Notes: a model not told the origin generated them from the sequence alone. Shown: positions 49,091 to 59,574, counted from the first letter of the stretch. The stretch: DNA of 64,000 bases from an uncultured Desulfospira sp. (GCA_963663165.1 OY760175.1:5504001-5568000), one strand, 5' to 3'. A program made the numbers and translations.

Positions 49091-49879
49091 TTATTGGGGT
49101 ATGGACTGGGGATTAGTAGTGTTCGTTGTGTTGGGACCTTCCGTTCGATAACTGAGTCCGTCCCGGATATTAATGATGTGAACATTGTGCATCAATCGAT
49201 CGATAATGGCATGAGTTACAACCGGATCTCCCAGAGTCGTCCCCCAATCCTCAAGACTGATTGAAGATGTGGCAATAAAGGCGGTATCGTCCTGGCAGAC
49301 GCTGATCAAATCCAGCAGCAGGCTGGGATATTCCGGCTTTGTGCGGATACCGCCCACATTATCTATGATCAGAAGATCAAAACGGCTTAAGCCGGCGACC
49401 ACCTCATCGGTGGATTCGTCAGCCAATGACGTATACAGCATGGCCAGAAGTTTTTGCAGGGAAAAAAATCGAACCTTATAACCCGCACGGCAGGCCTGGT
49501 CGCCAAGGGCTGAGGCAATATGAGTTTTGCCCGTGCCGGTTTTCCCAAAAATAAGCAGCGGCTGCTTTCGATCCACAAAGGATAGCTCCATCAGATCTTT
49601 GAGGTGCTCTACATTCAGGCTTGGCTGGAAGTTAAAATCAAAGTTATCAAAGGTCATGTTTCTGGGGAAATCCGCTGTTTTTAGCCGCTTTTCAAGGGAT
49701 CGGTGCTTTCTTGCCTTCATCTGTACGTCCACGATGTCGGCCAGGAACGCCAAATGACCGGATTGATTTTTCTGCGCCTTGGCAAGGGCCTGCTCCAGAT
49801 ATTGGGCCATATCCTTGAGATAAAGCTTGCGCAGTTTCTTTTTAACCTGGTCGCTTAAGTTTTCATTCATCCTTGCCAT
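49091..49879 (-). CDS. istB: IS21 helper ATPase IstB
   Basis: TFDNFDFNFQP, GKTGTGKTH, LLIIDN, AIIDRLMH, G.SYR. Confidence 0.92.
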   Translation of the reverse strand: MARMNENLSDQVKKKLRKLYLKDMAQYLEQALAKAQKNQSGHLAFLADIVDVQMKARKHRSLEKRLKTADFPRNMTFDNFDFNFQPSLNVEHLKDLMELSFVDRKQPLLIFGKTGTGKTHIASALGDQACRAGYKVRFFSLQKLLAMLYTSLADESTDEVVAGLSRFDLLIIDNVGGIRTKPEYPSLLLDLISVCQDDTAFIATSSISLEDWGTTLGDPVVTHAIIDRLMHNVHIINIRDGLSYRTEGPNTTNTTNPQSIPQ

Positions 49880-51365
49880 CCATTGTTTTTCTGTTAATCA
49901 GGTGGTCATACCTTTGTGGGTTATCCTGCTCCACTGAACAGGATTTCAAATAGCTCCGGGTGTTGTTGGGCAGACCTTTTCCGGCTTTTGTTTTGTTTGA
50001 AGCTTTAATGTTTTTCCCCTGGATGATACGCAGGACGGCATCAGCACTAAATGAGTCAAACCGCGTGGCATGAGCTAATGCCCCTGAGACCACATCCGCA
50101 CCATAGCGGTCGGCATATTTGAGGATACGGCCCATATGGTACCCGGCAGCGCTTTTCCGGGTTTCTTTCAATCCGTTATAATAGACCTGCGCCACCTCAC
50201 CCAATCTCAAAAAGGCATCTTTGAGCAATTGACTCTGGCCTGTCATCTTCCTGTACAGGGCTTCATGTTCAGGCAACACCTGCCTGTCTTCTTGAGTGTA
50301 AACATGCCGGCAATCCATCGTTTCATCACACCATATTTCAATGTGATCACGGAACAAACGGACCTGGACATAACGGCCTATCAGTTCAGGATTGGCAGAG
50401 TATCGTTTTTTGTCGATGGTGACACAAAAATCAACGTTAACAAGTCGACGTACTTCCTTAAAAAATTGATCCGTTTTATTCCATGGCACAGGCTTTAACA
50501 GACTTTTTTCCCTTGCCAGGCGATCCACAGGCCTTTCCCGGGTGGTACCGTGGATACGGACATTGGCTGTGTTCGCCCGCCAGGCATCGGCCTTGTTATT
50601 GAGATCCTCAAGATCAATAAATTCTTTGCCTCTAAGGAAATTGTCTTCAATATACCGGAACGGCCGCTCTACCTTGCCGTGTCGTTCCTTTTTGCCGGGT
50701 AGAAGGATGACGATCTCAAAGTCATACTCCTGGGCAAACCGTTTAAATACCGGATTGATCCAAACGGTTCCGGGGCCCGTGTGCCTGCCCACCGTGGTCA
50801 TATTGTCATAGGTGATTTTGTGGGGAACCGCCCCGATCTCGTCAAACGCCTCTTCATGCAACCGGATCACTGATTCTATAGTTTCATCAAAAAAGTGACG
50901 TATAAATATCCAACGACTGAAGCACAATACAAAAGATCCGGTATGCACCACCACGCGTTGTCCACCCATGTACACACTATGAGGACTCCAGTCCATCTGC
51001 CCCTCATCTCCAGGGGCATGATCAATTGGAGGCCTGGGCACCTTCAAGCCTTTGGGCCGGATTATTCTGATATACTCCTTGAGGATGGAGTATCCGCCCG
51101 TGTACCCCAACAACGTGATCTCTTCCAACACCCGAACCCCGCTGAGATGTTTTTCTTTTACAAGGTAACCGATTTTGGCCTTGTAAGGATCAAGTTTGCT
51201 TTTGCGGGGACTGGTTTGAGGCGCATTAATAACATTGTTGCAGCCCAATGCCCTGCGCACTGCCTTGCGGCTGTGCCCGGTCTGTTTTGCTGTCTGACGG
51301 ATGGATGCTGTGCGCCCAAAGACTTTACGAATACGTTCCTGTTCCTTTTCACTCAACCGGCTCAT
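49863..51365 (-). CDS. istA: IS21 transposase IstA
   Basis: SKLDPYK, GYTGGYSILK, PGDEGQMDW, YDNM, GKVER, HGTTRERP. Confidence 0.93.
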   Translation of the reverse strand: MSRLSEKEQERIRKVFGRTASIRQTAKQTGHSRKAVRRALGCNNVINAPQTSPRKSKLDPYKAKIGYLVKEKHLSGVRVLEEITLLGYTGGYSILKEYIRIIRPKGLKVPRPPIDHAPGDEGQMDWSPHSVYMGGQRVVVHTGSFVLCFSRWIFIRHFFDETIESVIRLHEEAFDEIGAVPHKITYDNMTTVGRHTGPGTVWINPVFKRFAQEYDFEIVILLPGKKERHGKVERPFRYIEDNFLRGKEFIDLEDLNNKADAWRANTANVRIHGTTRERPVDRLAREKSLLKPVPWNKTDQFFKEVRRLVNVDFCVTIDKKRYSANPELIGRYVQVRLFRDHIEIWCDETMDCRHVYTQEDRQVLPEHEALYRKMTGQSQLLKDAFLRLGEVAQVYYNGLKETRKSAAGYHMGRILKYADRYGADVVSGALAHATRFDSFSADAVLRIIQGKNIKASNKTKAGKGLPNNTRSYLKSCSVEQDNPQRYDHLINRKTMDGKDE

Positions 51366-52185
51366 GGTGCCCTCCTATCAACTCATTGAGCCGTTTCATC
51401 CGGGCACCGGCCCGCCCTATAAAGTCTTTAAGGGCGCAGACCTTGGAACCATTGATCGTGCCGCTGCCAATGCAGTTGTTCAGCTTGGACATTTTTGAAA
51501 GAATGGCATCAATAATCAAATAATAATTTTCCTTGTCCCGGCTTACGGACTCCAGCGCTTGCCTGGGAGATTCAAGCAGGTGGCGCCTGGCTCCGGGATC
51601 ACTGGTCTTGCACCACAGGTCCACCAGACGGTTCACCTCCCGGGTTTTAAGGTTGTGTTTTTGAATACAAAGAGAAAAATCGGCCTGGGTTGCAGGCTGC
51701 AACCGCGCCAGTGACGGACCGACCCCGGCAGGGAGCAGCCCAAGTTTGATATCGTGGACAATTTCCGGGGTCAGGCTGCGGATCATGGAAAGCCGTCGGC
51801 AAACCCAGCTTTTATGCCGCTCAAGGAGTATCGCCGCTTCAACCTGATTGAGCCCTTCTATTTCTACAAGTTCCCAGACCACCAGGGCCTCCATGATCGT
51901 GGAAAACCCATCCGGGCGGTTCAGAAGGTAGAGCAATGCCTTGGCTTCTGCAGCACTTTTTTTCAACACAGCCACTTTAAGCGTCTTCATGCCAAGAAGG
52001 CCTGCACAGCGATGCCGCTTGAAACCGTCTATTAAAATATGGCAACCTCCTTGCTCAACCGCAACAACAGCCGTTAATTGGCCATGCTTGACTAATGAAG
52101 CCGCCATCTTTTCCTGGGCACCGGCGTGGACCGGCCGCAGGAATCCCAGACGTAAATCCAATTGGTCCGGACGCAGGTTAATCAT
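51349..52185 (-). CDS. ParB N-terminal domain + HTH protein
   Basis: SLVKHGQLTAV..LIDGFKR, Q.EAA.LLERHKSWVCRRL. Confidence 0.85.
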   Translation of the reverse strand: MINLRPDQLDLRLGFLRPVHAGAQEKMAASLVKHGQLTAVVAVEQGGCHILIDGFKRHRCAGLLGMKTLKVAVLKKSAAEAKALLYLLNRPDGFSTIMEALVVWELVEIEGLNQVEAAILLERHKSWVCRRLSMIRSLTPEIVHDIKLGLLPAGVGPSLARLQPATQADFSLCIQKHNLKTREVNRLVDLWCKTSDPGARRHLLESPRQALESVSRDKENYYLIIDAILSKMSKLNNCIGSGTINGSKVCALKDFIGRAGARMKRLNELIGGHHEPVE

Positions 52186-52600
52186 TTGGACCTCCGGCTA
52201 TATTGAGGCTTTTTTGAAAAATCTCCCCGATTGAGATAAGGCCACTGCCGCCGGTGGGTTGCTTAGGCGCCTTGGACGTCGGTGCTGCAACATTTTTTTT
52301 GGGAAGGGAAAGCACTTGAAACAGTCGGCCGTCAAAGGCTATGAGATCTTTATCAATGAGCCCGTTCCTGGCCTGGATATATTCGTCCAGGCGGATGGCC
52401 GTCAATGAACAGATTTTATCATAGCCGTAATAAGACATTCCCTGACGATCTGCCACCATCACCAGAAAAAGGTACAGCACAAGCTCCTGGTGGTTCAGGC
52501 TGCCCCAATACCCCTGGCGGATAAACCGGTGGCTTATCCATGCGAAACTGCCGTTAATTTTTCTAATTCGATGGTCCTTCAACGGTTCCTTGGTAATCAT
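52178..52600 (-). CDS. Small wHTH-like accessory protein, homolog of 1311-1721
   Basis: GGAGGG RBS; FAWISHRF, LYLFLVMVADRQGMSYYGYDKIC, DLIAFDG..QVLSLP. Confidence 0.82.
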   Translation of the reverse strand: MITKEPLKDHRIRKINGSFAWISHRFIRQGYWGSLNHQELVLYLFLVMVADRQGMSYYGYDKICSLTAIRLDEYIQARNGLIDKDLIAFDGRLFQVLSLPKKNVAAPTSKAPKQPTGGSGLISIGEIFQKSLNIAGGPND

Positions 52601-53033
52601 TTTTACCCTCCTTGGAAATATAATGATGAAAATTGTCGCCTGAATACCGTCTGCCATATCCCCGCCGGGGGAATTGATCTACAATCAGACCTTTTCTTCC
52701 GCAAAAACAGCAGCATGGATGGGAAGACGGAGGCGTTACCCGAAGACTATCATTGGATTTGGAGGGTGTTGAAGTGTCATCATCCACGGTTTTTTGAGAA
52801 TTTCTTAATCTCCGCTCTTTTTCCTGCCGACGATGGGCTAACTTACCTTTTTCAGTTTGTCGATATTTCTTCTGGGCGTTACGGTGAGCTTCTCTTTGAG
52901 CAGTTTCCCGACAGGATTCACAGCAATAAATCTGTCCACGCCAGCAACTGTGGCAGATATAAAAAATGCTGCCGCATCGTTTACACTGGATTTCTTTTAA
53001 TAAAACGATCTCCACATTTTCCGTTCTTGCCAT
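52563..53033 (-). CDS. Cys-rich putative zinc-binding protein, homolog of 902-1288
   Basis: CKRC..CHSCWRGQIYCCESC, YRQTEKGK, CCFCG..DQFPRRGYG. Confidence 0.82.
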   Translation of the reverse strand: MARTENVEIVLLKEIQCKRCGSIFYICHSCWRGQIYCCESCRETAQREAHRNAQKKYRQTEKGKLAHRRQEKERRLRNSQKTVDDDTSTPSKSNDSLRVTPPSSHPCCCFCGRKGLIVDQFPRRGYGRRYSGDNFHHYISKEGKNDYQGTVEGPSN

Positions 53034-53061
53034 AAAACGGAAGCCGTGATTATATGAAGAT

Positions 53062-53142
53062 GTTGGGTAGCTTCCGTATTTTATATGGATGTCTGCTTTT
53101 TGAAGGCTCGAAGCGGCCTACTTCGAGCCTTCCTTATTTTTC
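53062..53142 (+). ncRNA. Candidate small RNA divergent from the IS21-ParB leader gene
   Basis: TTGCCA (53027)-N17-TTATAT promoter-like; hairpin GAAGGCTCGAAG-CGGCCTA-CTTCGAGCCTTC then T-rich tail. Confidence 0.5.
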
Positions 53143-53592
53143 AAATCCATCCAAGAAACAAAACCAAATTCAAAGAAAAAAAGGAAGAAAATATATTTTT
53201 AAAATATGGGATGAAGAAGAGACAAAGTAAAAAGGATGGAGGCTTTGTTACCGGCTAAAGGGGTGGCCTGCTTCATCGCCATAGGTGGGGACGGTTACGA
53301 CCGGCGGTAACAATCATTTACAGATTCCATCCAAGATCAGGGATGGCTACTTTCGTTTTCTATGCCCTTTGTGCAATGAATTTCAAACCGCTGTAAATCC
53401 AGCCACGAACCTGGCCAGGTGCTTCAGATGCGAAAAGAATTTTAATACCATCGACCTTGTCATGAAAATCAAGGGTTATGGCTTCCGGGATAGTGTTTTG
53501 TTTTTGAAACAAATAAATACGGCCCCCCAGGTTCAGACCGCAAAATTGACGGCTCTTGCTGCTATGGTCGGCAGACCCATGCCGGCAGGGCA

Positions 53593-54156
53593 GTGAATAT
53601 GGAACGGTTGCTTGAGCTTGAAACCCTGATTGGTCGCAACCAGGAATGTTTTTACAAAATCGGCCGGGCCTTGAAGGAAATTCGAGATAACCGTTTGTAC
53701 AAACAGGCTTTGTTTGAGTCATTTGAAACATATACCAGGCAGCGATGGGATATGGGCAAGGCTTATGCCTACCGCCTGATCAGAGCCTATGAAGTGATCT
53801 ACAATTTGTCGCCAATTGGCGACAAGCTACCTGCCAACGAATCCCAGGTCCGTCCCCTGACTCAAATGGACTCCATAGAACAACGCCGTATCTGGAGGGA
53901 GATTATAAACAGCGGCATGGAACTGACCGCACAAAATATCAAAAAATTTATTGAGGCCCGGAAAACGGCTCCGGCAAGTAGACCGGATCTGACAAATAAA
54001 ATTTCAAATGAATACATGGCTGTTGTAAAGGCAATGCTTGAGCAGGTCCGTGTGGCACAACATGATCATTGGCAGCAGACCTCCCGCCAAGCCGCATTGT
54101 TGTGGCACCGGGTCATATACGAAAAGATCATATCAAAGGGGGCAGATAATGGATGA
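53593..54156 (+). CDS. Helical accessory protein of element X
   Basis: IGRALKEIRD.RLY..FE.Y...W......YRLI, LPANESQVRPL; overlaps neighbours. Confidence 0.75.
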   Translation: MNMERLLELETLIGRNQECFYKIGRALKEIRDNRLYKQALFESFETYTRQRWDMGKAYAYRLIRAYEVIYNLSPIGDKLPANESQVRPLTQMDSIEQRRIWREIINSGMELTAQNIKKFIEARKTAPASRPDLTNKISNEYMAVVKAMLEQVRVAQHDHWQQTSRQAALLWHRVIYEKIISKGADNG

Positions 54157-55813
54157 CCTAAGCATTGACGACCGCTTCCACTTACTGCTGCACAAAAAAA
54201 TCATGAACAAAACTGGATCTGCCAAGAGAAGATCCAAAAAATATTACAAGGACCAGTACAAAAAAAACGGGATTATCCCGCCTCCCCTTTTACTGGTTGA
54301 AAAAGGAATTATGGATGGCCGCAAGTGCAGCGGGCGGCCCAGAGTCATAGACGAACAAACCCAAAGGCGGTTTATTGAAATGGTCAAGGCGTCATGCGAC
54401 CCCTCATCCCAGGGGTTCATTTTTATCACCCGGAGAGCCAGGACCATTAAAAATTACCACTGCTGGCTTGAGGAAGAGCTGGGGAAAAAAATCAGTCTCC
54501 CTGCACTTTGGCGATGCGCCAAAAGGGAGAATCTCAAATTTTACCTGGAAAAAGAGGACGATCAGGAGCCGTCACCGGCACGTTATACCTTCAAATCGGT
54601 TACGGTGTTTACCTTGATCCAGGTTGACGGTTGCAAGTTCCAATATTTAAGAATCAGAGATGAACATGGCAACTGGCAGAAACCACGGGTAATTGAAATA
54701 TTCGATACCGGCTCCAGGAAACTGTTTATTATGGAATTCTATTTTACCGAAAGCAATCTGAATTCTGTGGATCTTTTTACCCGTTTTTTGTTGTGCACAC
54801 CTTTTCCTTTGATAACAATCGGTATCAGGCCTGATCGGGCAAAGGGATTTTTAAATCTCAAGCGTCCCATTAATGCGATTAACCTTGCGCATTCTACGCC
54901 GGGCGGTTTTTATTTGGCACCGGATTTTTCAAGGGCGCATTCCCCCAAAGATAAGGCGCATCTGGAATCTTCACACCGAAGCCTGCATAATTTTGAAATA
55001 CGAATTATCAAAGCGTTTGAGAGCAGGATTGTGAAAACCGTTACCGAATATGACTTCAAGCGGGGAAGAAAGGAAAAAGTTACTGTAACCCTTCTTGATA
55101 TCACCCTTGATGAATTGAGGAACAGCACTGTGCTCAGCCAATACCGCAACGAACACAATCATACACAACATTATTTTACCGAAGACGGCGTAGTCAGTGC
55201 CTGGGTGCCGGCACAAAAGTTTGATGATTTTTTATCAAATCAGACAGACACCCTGAATTTTACCCCGGAGCAGGTTCAGGAATATATGAAATACGGTTAC
55301 AGGAAAATCAAAGCCACGGTATCCAAAAATAGAACCATCCGCCATGACAAAAGGGATTATTATGTGACCAGTGGTGCAGACCGGTTCAGCAGGCATAAAA
55401 GTACACCGGTAAAAATATCCAGATACAGGGACAAACTTTTTATCTTTGAGCCCAGTGAAGACGGCATCCTGATAGGCGAAGCCATTGCAAAAAAGCCGTT
55501 TGACAGCCCGCCGTCTCCAGCGACCGCTCCTGTACCCGACGAACTCGACACCATTATCGCTCTTTTGGAAAAGCACAATATGGCCGTTGACCGGCCTATT
55601 TTAATCGAAGTTTACCATAAAGGCCTCACCTTGTCCCTGGCGGAGCAAGTGCTTCACCATAATCAATCAAGGTACGCAGATTACATGAAAAAAATGAACC
55701 AGCCTGAGGAACGTAAAAATCAAGCCTTATTTAATGCTTTTATGCTTGATTGCCAAAAATCGTTAAATACGAATCAGGTGGCCACTTATGCATCCCACGG
55801 AGATATGCCATGA
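54149..55813 (+). CDS. Divergent DDE integrase/transposase of element X
   Basis: SGRPR, IQVDGC, EIFDTGSR, IRPD, PKDKAHLESSH. Confidence 0.75.
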   Translation: MDDLSIDDRFHLLLHKKIMNKTGSAKRRSKKYYKDQYKKNGIIPPPLLLVEKGIMDGRKCSGRPRVIDEQTQRRFIEMVKASCDPSSQGFIFITRRARTIKNYHCWLEEELGKKISLPALWRCAKRENLKFYLEKEDDQEPSPARYTFKSVTVFTLIQVDGCKFQYLRIRDEHGNWQKPRVIEIFDTGSRKLFIMEFYFTESNLNSVDLFTRFLLCTPFPLITIGIRPDRAKGFLNLKRPINAINLAHSTPGGFYLAPDFSRAHSPKDKAHLESSHRSLHNFEIRIIKAFESRIVKTVTEYDFKRGRKEKVTVTLLDITLDELRNSTVLSQYRNEHNHTQHYFTEDGVVSAWVPAQKFDDFLSNQTDTLNFTPEQVQEYMKYGYRKIKATVSKNRTIRHDKRDYYVTSGADRFSRHKSTPVKISRYRDKLFIFEPSEDGILIGEAIAKKPFDSPPSPATAPVPDELDTIIALLEKHNMAVDRPILIEVYHKGLTLSLAEQVLHHNQSRYADYMKKMNQPEERKNQALFNAFMLDCQKSLNTNQVATYASHGDMP

Positions 55814-56457
55814 AAGAGGATTTTATCAGTGATAAACGAAGGGTCTCATACCTGTCTGCTACTTATAACAGGATATACAGGGGTCAAAGCGTACTCATTG
55901 AAGGGGATTTTGGCGCAGGCAAAACTCGTTTTTTAAGACTGCTGCGGCCTAAAAAGCTCCATGCCGTATGGGTCGAGTCTCTGTTCAACATCCATGAAAC
56001 CCTGGCATCCATACTTAAAGAACTGAATTATGAGACCTCCGCCACTTACCGCCGGACTCCCCAGTACCTGAAAACGATCTGCAACCTATCCAATTGTTTT
56101 ATCATCATAGATGAAGCCAACGACCTGGACTCCCGGGTTTGGCCATATCTCAAACGAATTATTGATGCCGGTGTCCCCATCGTATTTGCAGGGCTCCCCA
56201 AGGTCAGAACCTATTTGAGCCGGAATCATCCCGATATACTCAGCCGGCTCAAAACTCTGATTTTATATCCCATAGAGGTCGAGGACTTCATTGAAAAATA
56301 CAAAGATATCCAGCATGAAGCAGTTGAACAGATATATATGGCCGTCAAAGGCGACATGAGAAAATTTAAAGAAATCTGTACAGACTGTCAGGACAGGGCA
56401 AAGGAGTTGAACCACAACTTTGTTGATATCAATCTTGCCCTGGAATTTATATCCTGA
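55810..56457 (+). CDS. AAA ATPase (TnsC/MuB-like); last 5 codons displaced to 60667-60684
   Basis: GDFGAGKT, IIIDEA, IVFAG, ILSR; original end ..EFISDLPPQ* reconstructs across the insertion. Confidence 0.85.
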   Translation: MKEDFISDKRRVSYLSATYNRIYRGQSVLIEGDFGAGKTRFLRLLRPKKLHAVWVESLFNIHETLASILKELNYETSATYRRTPQYLKTICNLSNCFIIIDEANDLDSRVWPYLKRIIDAGVPIVFAGLPKVRTYLSRNHPDILSRLKTLILYPIEVEDFIEKYKDIQHEAVEQIYMAVKGDMRKFKEICTDCQDRAKELNHNFVDINLALEFIS

Positions 56458-56592
56458 GAATGGTCACAAAAAATCATGGAAAAATTGAAGATAATTTGCA
56501 AGATATGTCAGGTTTGAGGCAGAAGTTCCCCTGTTTATCTCGCAAATAATCGTGAAACTCCTGCCTCCCCACCCAATAACAGGGCAGGAGAT

Positions 56593-57180
56593 ATGCTATC
56601 AGAAGTTCTGAAAAACGAAAGTTTTTTTTGGGATCTATACAAAATAGATCTGGCAACAGCCGAACGTTATAGACAGATGAAGTGCCCCCACTGCCAGGGA
56701 CCGTTGTATTATGCCAATTATCCGCGCAAACCCAGGGGGGAGCCTGAAGGGTTGTCTGAAGAATGTTTTTTACAATTCAGTTTATGTTGCGGAAGGGAAG
56801 GCTGTCGACGTCGTTTGATCCCGCCAACCTGCCGTTTCCTTGGTAAAAACATTTACTGGTATGCGGCCATTCTGACGATTGTGTCCGACTGGCAGAACCA
56901 ATCTGTAGGTATCACGATGTCCAGGTTTGCTGAAACAATCGGTATCTCCCGCAACACCCTTAGCCGCTGGGTCAGCTTATTCAAAGAAATATTTCCAACA
57001 AGCTCTCAATGGAAGAAAATCCGGGGCCGAGTACCTGCAAGCGTAAAAAATGATCGTCTTCCAGCAAGTTTGGTCAACTTCTATCTGCATCAACAGGCGT
57101 CCATCAAAAAAACGTTGATCTCCTGTTTGTCATTCTTGTCTCAAGGCAGTGAAATATCACAAAAAATAAGGGCCGGGTAA
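56593..57180 (+). CDS. Cys-rich zinc-ribbon + HTH protein
   Basis: CPHCQGPL..ANYPRKPRG, FSLCCG..GCRRR..P, GISRNTLSRW. Confidence 0.75.
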   Translation: MLSEVLKNESFFWDLYKIDLATAERYRQMKCPHCQGPLYYANYPRKPRGEPEGLSEECFLQFSLCCGREGCRRRLIPPTCRFLGKNIYWYAAILTIVSDWQNQSVGITMSRFAETIGISRNTLSRWVSLFKEIFPTSSQWKKIRGRVPASVKNDRLPASLVNFYLHQQASIKKTLISCLSFLSQGSEISQKIRAG

Positions 57181-57295
57181 TCTCACGCAGAAGATGGGCG
57201 TGGCCTTGGGCGCTCAACTGTTCTATCAAAGGGGCCGGGATTTTTATCAGCATTTCGCTGAAAATTTTAACTCAAAATTGAAAGGACCCCGGCCT

Positions 57296-58741
57296 ATGAA
57301 CAGTAAAAACCAAAGTCCGGTTGATAACTGGGCTTTGTTTCGCTTCTCAGTCGTTGGCGGTTTGCTGGCAAATCCGCCGGCCAAAGGTGAGCTGCGCAAG
57401 GAACTGGAAAAGCTTTCCTATCAGATTTACACCCATCCCATCACGAACGAATCAACGGTATTTCATTTTTCAACTATTGAAAGCTGGTATTACAAGGCAA
57501 AAAATGCCCAGGACCCCATTATTGCTTTAGGGCGGAAAGTTCGTTCTGACTATGGCGGTTCAATTGTATTCACACCTGAACTGATCCGGATGCTGGGCAG
57601 ACAATACCGGACTTATCCGAACTGGAGCTACAAACTGCACGCAGATAATTTCGCAGCAGAACTCCAGGAAAAGGAGGCTTCAGTATCGGTACCATCCTAT
57701 GCCAGTGTCCGGCGGCGGATGATCGAAAGGGGGTGGACCAGGAAGCCCTCAGCAAAGAAAAAACAGACAGCGGGTATGAAAATTGCCGCAAAGCGGTTCG
57801 AAAGCCATGAAATCCGAGGATACGAAGCAGAATATGTTCACAGCCTGTGGCATCTGGATTTTCATGAAGGCAGTCTGCGGGTGGTGGATAACAACGGTAA
57901 CTGGTATACGCCCAAAGCCTTATGTATTCTTGACGACCATTCCCGCCTGTGCTGCCACATCCAATGGTATTCAGGAGAAACCACCCAGGATTTGATTCAT
58001 GGATTGACCCAGGCATTTTTCAAAAGGGGGCTTCCCAGGGCACTGATGACGGACAACGGATCTGCCATGACCTCCCATGAGTTTTGCAACGGTCTTAAAA
58101 AAACAGGGATACTTCATGAAACGACACTGCCCTACAGCCCTTATCAAAACGGTAAGCAGGAAGCCTTTTGGGGAACCCTTGAAGGCAGATTGATGGCCAT
58201 GCTGACCCGGGTGGACCCTCTGACACTGGAATATCTCAATCACAGCAGTCAGGCCTGGGTCGAGATGGAATATAACAAAACCAGGCATAGTGACATCGGC
58301 ACATCTCCTGTTCAACGCATGCTTGAAGGCAAAGATGTTTCCCGGCCGGCACCGGATGAAGAGCAACTGAGGTTCGCCTTTACAGTCTGCGAATCCAGAA
58401 ATCAGCGAAAATCTGACGGTACCGTGTCCATCAACGGGGTAAGATTTGAGATCCCTTCCCGGTTTCACCATATCCCTCGGTTACATGTCTGCTTTGCCAA
58501 TTGGGATAAATCCATGGCCTGGCTCATGGACCAGAGAACCGGCAAACAGATTGCGCAGATCTACCCCCAGGACAAAATCAAAAATGCTTCAGGAAAACGA
58601 AAGATCAAGTCGAGACCTGAGCATACCATTCTACCGGATGAAACATTGAAAGAATCCGAGCCTGCATTATTAAGAAAACTGATGGCCGAGTATGCCCAAA
58701 GCGGCATGCCTCCAGCCTATCTTCCCAAAGGAGAATCATGA
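57296..58741 (+). CDS. DDE (rve) transposase
   Basis: RKVRSD, LWHLDF, LDDHSR, MTDNGS, QNGKQE; ATG 57296 after GAAAGGA. Confidence 0.9.
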   Translation: MNSKNQSPVDNWALFRFSVVGGLLANPPAKGELRKELEKLSYQIYTHPITNESTVFHFSTIESWYYKAKNAQDPIIALGRKVRSDYGGSIVFTPELIRMLGRQYRTYPNWSYKLHADNFAAELQEKEASVSVPSYASVRRRMIERGWTRKPSAKKKQTAGMKIAAKRFESHEIRGYEAEYVHSLWHLDFHEGSLRVVDNNGNWYTPKALCILDDHSRLCCHIQWYSGETTQDLIHGLTQAFFKRGLPRALMTDNGSAMTSHEFCNGLKKTGILHETTLPYSPYQNGKQEAFWGTLEGRLMAMLTRVDPLTLEYLNHSSQAWVEMEYNKTRHSDIGTSPVQRMLEGKDVSRPAPDEEQLRFAFTVCESRNQRKSDGTVSINGVRFEIPSRFHHIPRLHVCFANWDKSMAWLMDQRTGKQIAQIYPQDKIKNASGKRKIKSRPEHTILPDETLKESEPALLRKLMAEYAQSGMPPAYLPKGES

Positions 58742-59565
58742 ACAACAAACAGCTTCTGGCTTATTACGGCCTTAAATGGAACCCTTTTTTTCCTAATATC
58801 CCCGTGGAAGCCTTATGGCATCCGCCATTGATGAACAGTTTTATTTTTCGTCTTGAGAATATGACCCTGAACGGGGGCTTTGCTTTGATCAGCGGGGACC
58901 CCGGCCTTGGCAAATCCAAGGCGTTGCAGATGATTGCCCAAAAGTTCGGTAAACTTGACGAGGTAGTTGTCGGGGTAATGGAACGTCCCCAAAGCAGTGT
59001 CGGAGACTTTTACCGGGAAATGGGAGTTTTGTTTGGTGTCAATTTGAGCCCTGCCAACCGGTACGGCGGGTTCAAGGATCTTCGGGAGCGCTGGAAAAGT
59101 CATGTAAAAACCACCTTGTTCCGGCCCATCCTGCTCATAGATGAGGCCCAGGAGATGCTGACCGGATGCTTAAATGAACTGCGTTTGTTGAACAGCGCGG
59201 ACTTTGACTCCCAAAACCTGTTGACCACCGTGATTTGCGGCGATGACCGGCTCCCGGAACGGTTCAGATCAAGATCCCTGGTATCGCTGGGAAGCCGGAT
59301 GCAGTTCCGGCTGACGCTGCTTCCCTATGTCCGGGATGACCTGCTGGATTACATGGATCACAGCCTGAACCAGGCCGGCGCCCCGCACTTAATGACGAAA
59401 ACTCTGATCAGGACCCTTGCAGACCATTGCGCCGGCAACCTGCGGGTTCTTAACAATATGGCCGCAGACCTGCTGACTGCGGGGATTGAAAAAGAACTCA
59501 ATCAATTGGACGAAAAGCTTTTTATGGAAGTCTATTCCAGACAGCCGCCCAATAAAAAATCATAG
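58738..59565 (+). CDS. ExeA-family AAA ATPase
   Basis: YGLKWNPF, GDPGLGKS, LLIDEAQ, GNLRVLNN. Confidence 0.9.
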   Translation: MNNKQLLAYYGLKWNPFFPNIPVEALWHPPLMNSFIFRLENMTLNGGFALISGDPGLGKSKALQMIAQKFGKLDEVVVGVMERPQSSVGDFYREMGVLFGVNLSPANRYGGFKDLRERWKSHVKTTLFRPILLIDEAQEMLTGCLNELRLLNSADFDSQNLLTTVICGDDRLPERFRSRSLVSLGSRMQFRLTLLPYVRDDLLDYMDHSLNQAGAPHLMTKTLIRTLADHCAGNLRVLNNMAADLLTAGIEKELNQLDEKLFMEVYSRQPPNKKS

Positions 59566-59574
59566 GAGAACAAT

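Larger units (their letters stand above)
48773..53312 (-). mobile_element. IS21-family element with three accessory genes (Cys-rich, wHTH-like, ParB-like)
   Basis: Ends TGTTATCGCCGG / CCGGCGGTAACA, subterminal AACCGTCCCCACCT repeats; 7-bp TSD ATCATTT. Confidence 0.95.
48693..53596 (+). pseudogene. CHC2 (primase-type) zinc-finger gene split by the IS21-ParB element
   Basis: MANRFSSRELFELRNNIPVDMLIRDH joins in frame to LQIPSKIRDGYFRFLCPLC..ARCFRC..NTIDLV after removing 48773-53319. Confidence 0.88.

Noticed and set aside
51349..52185. ParB as partner of ParA 6698-7339 or sign of an integrated plasmid
   Set aside because: Lies within IS21 ends 44 kb away; no replicon or conjugation genes
54149..59565. 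Tn7-like or CRISPR-associated transposon
   Set aside because: No tniQ/tnsD, cas genes or array; TSDs show two separate elements
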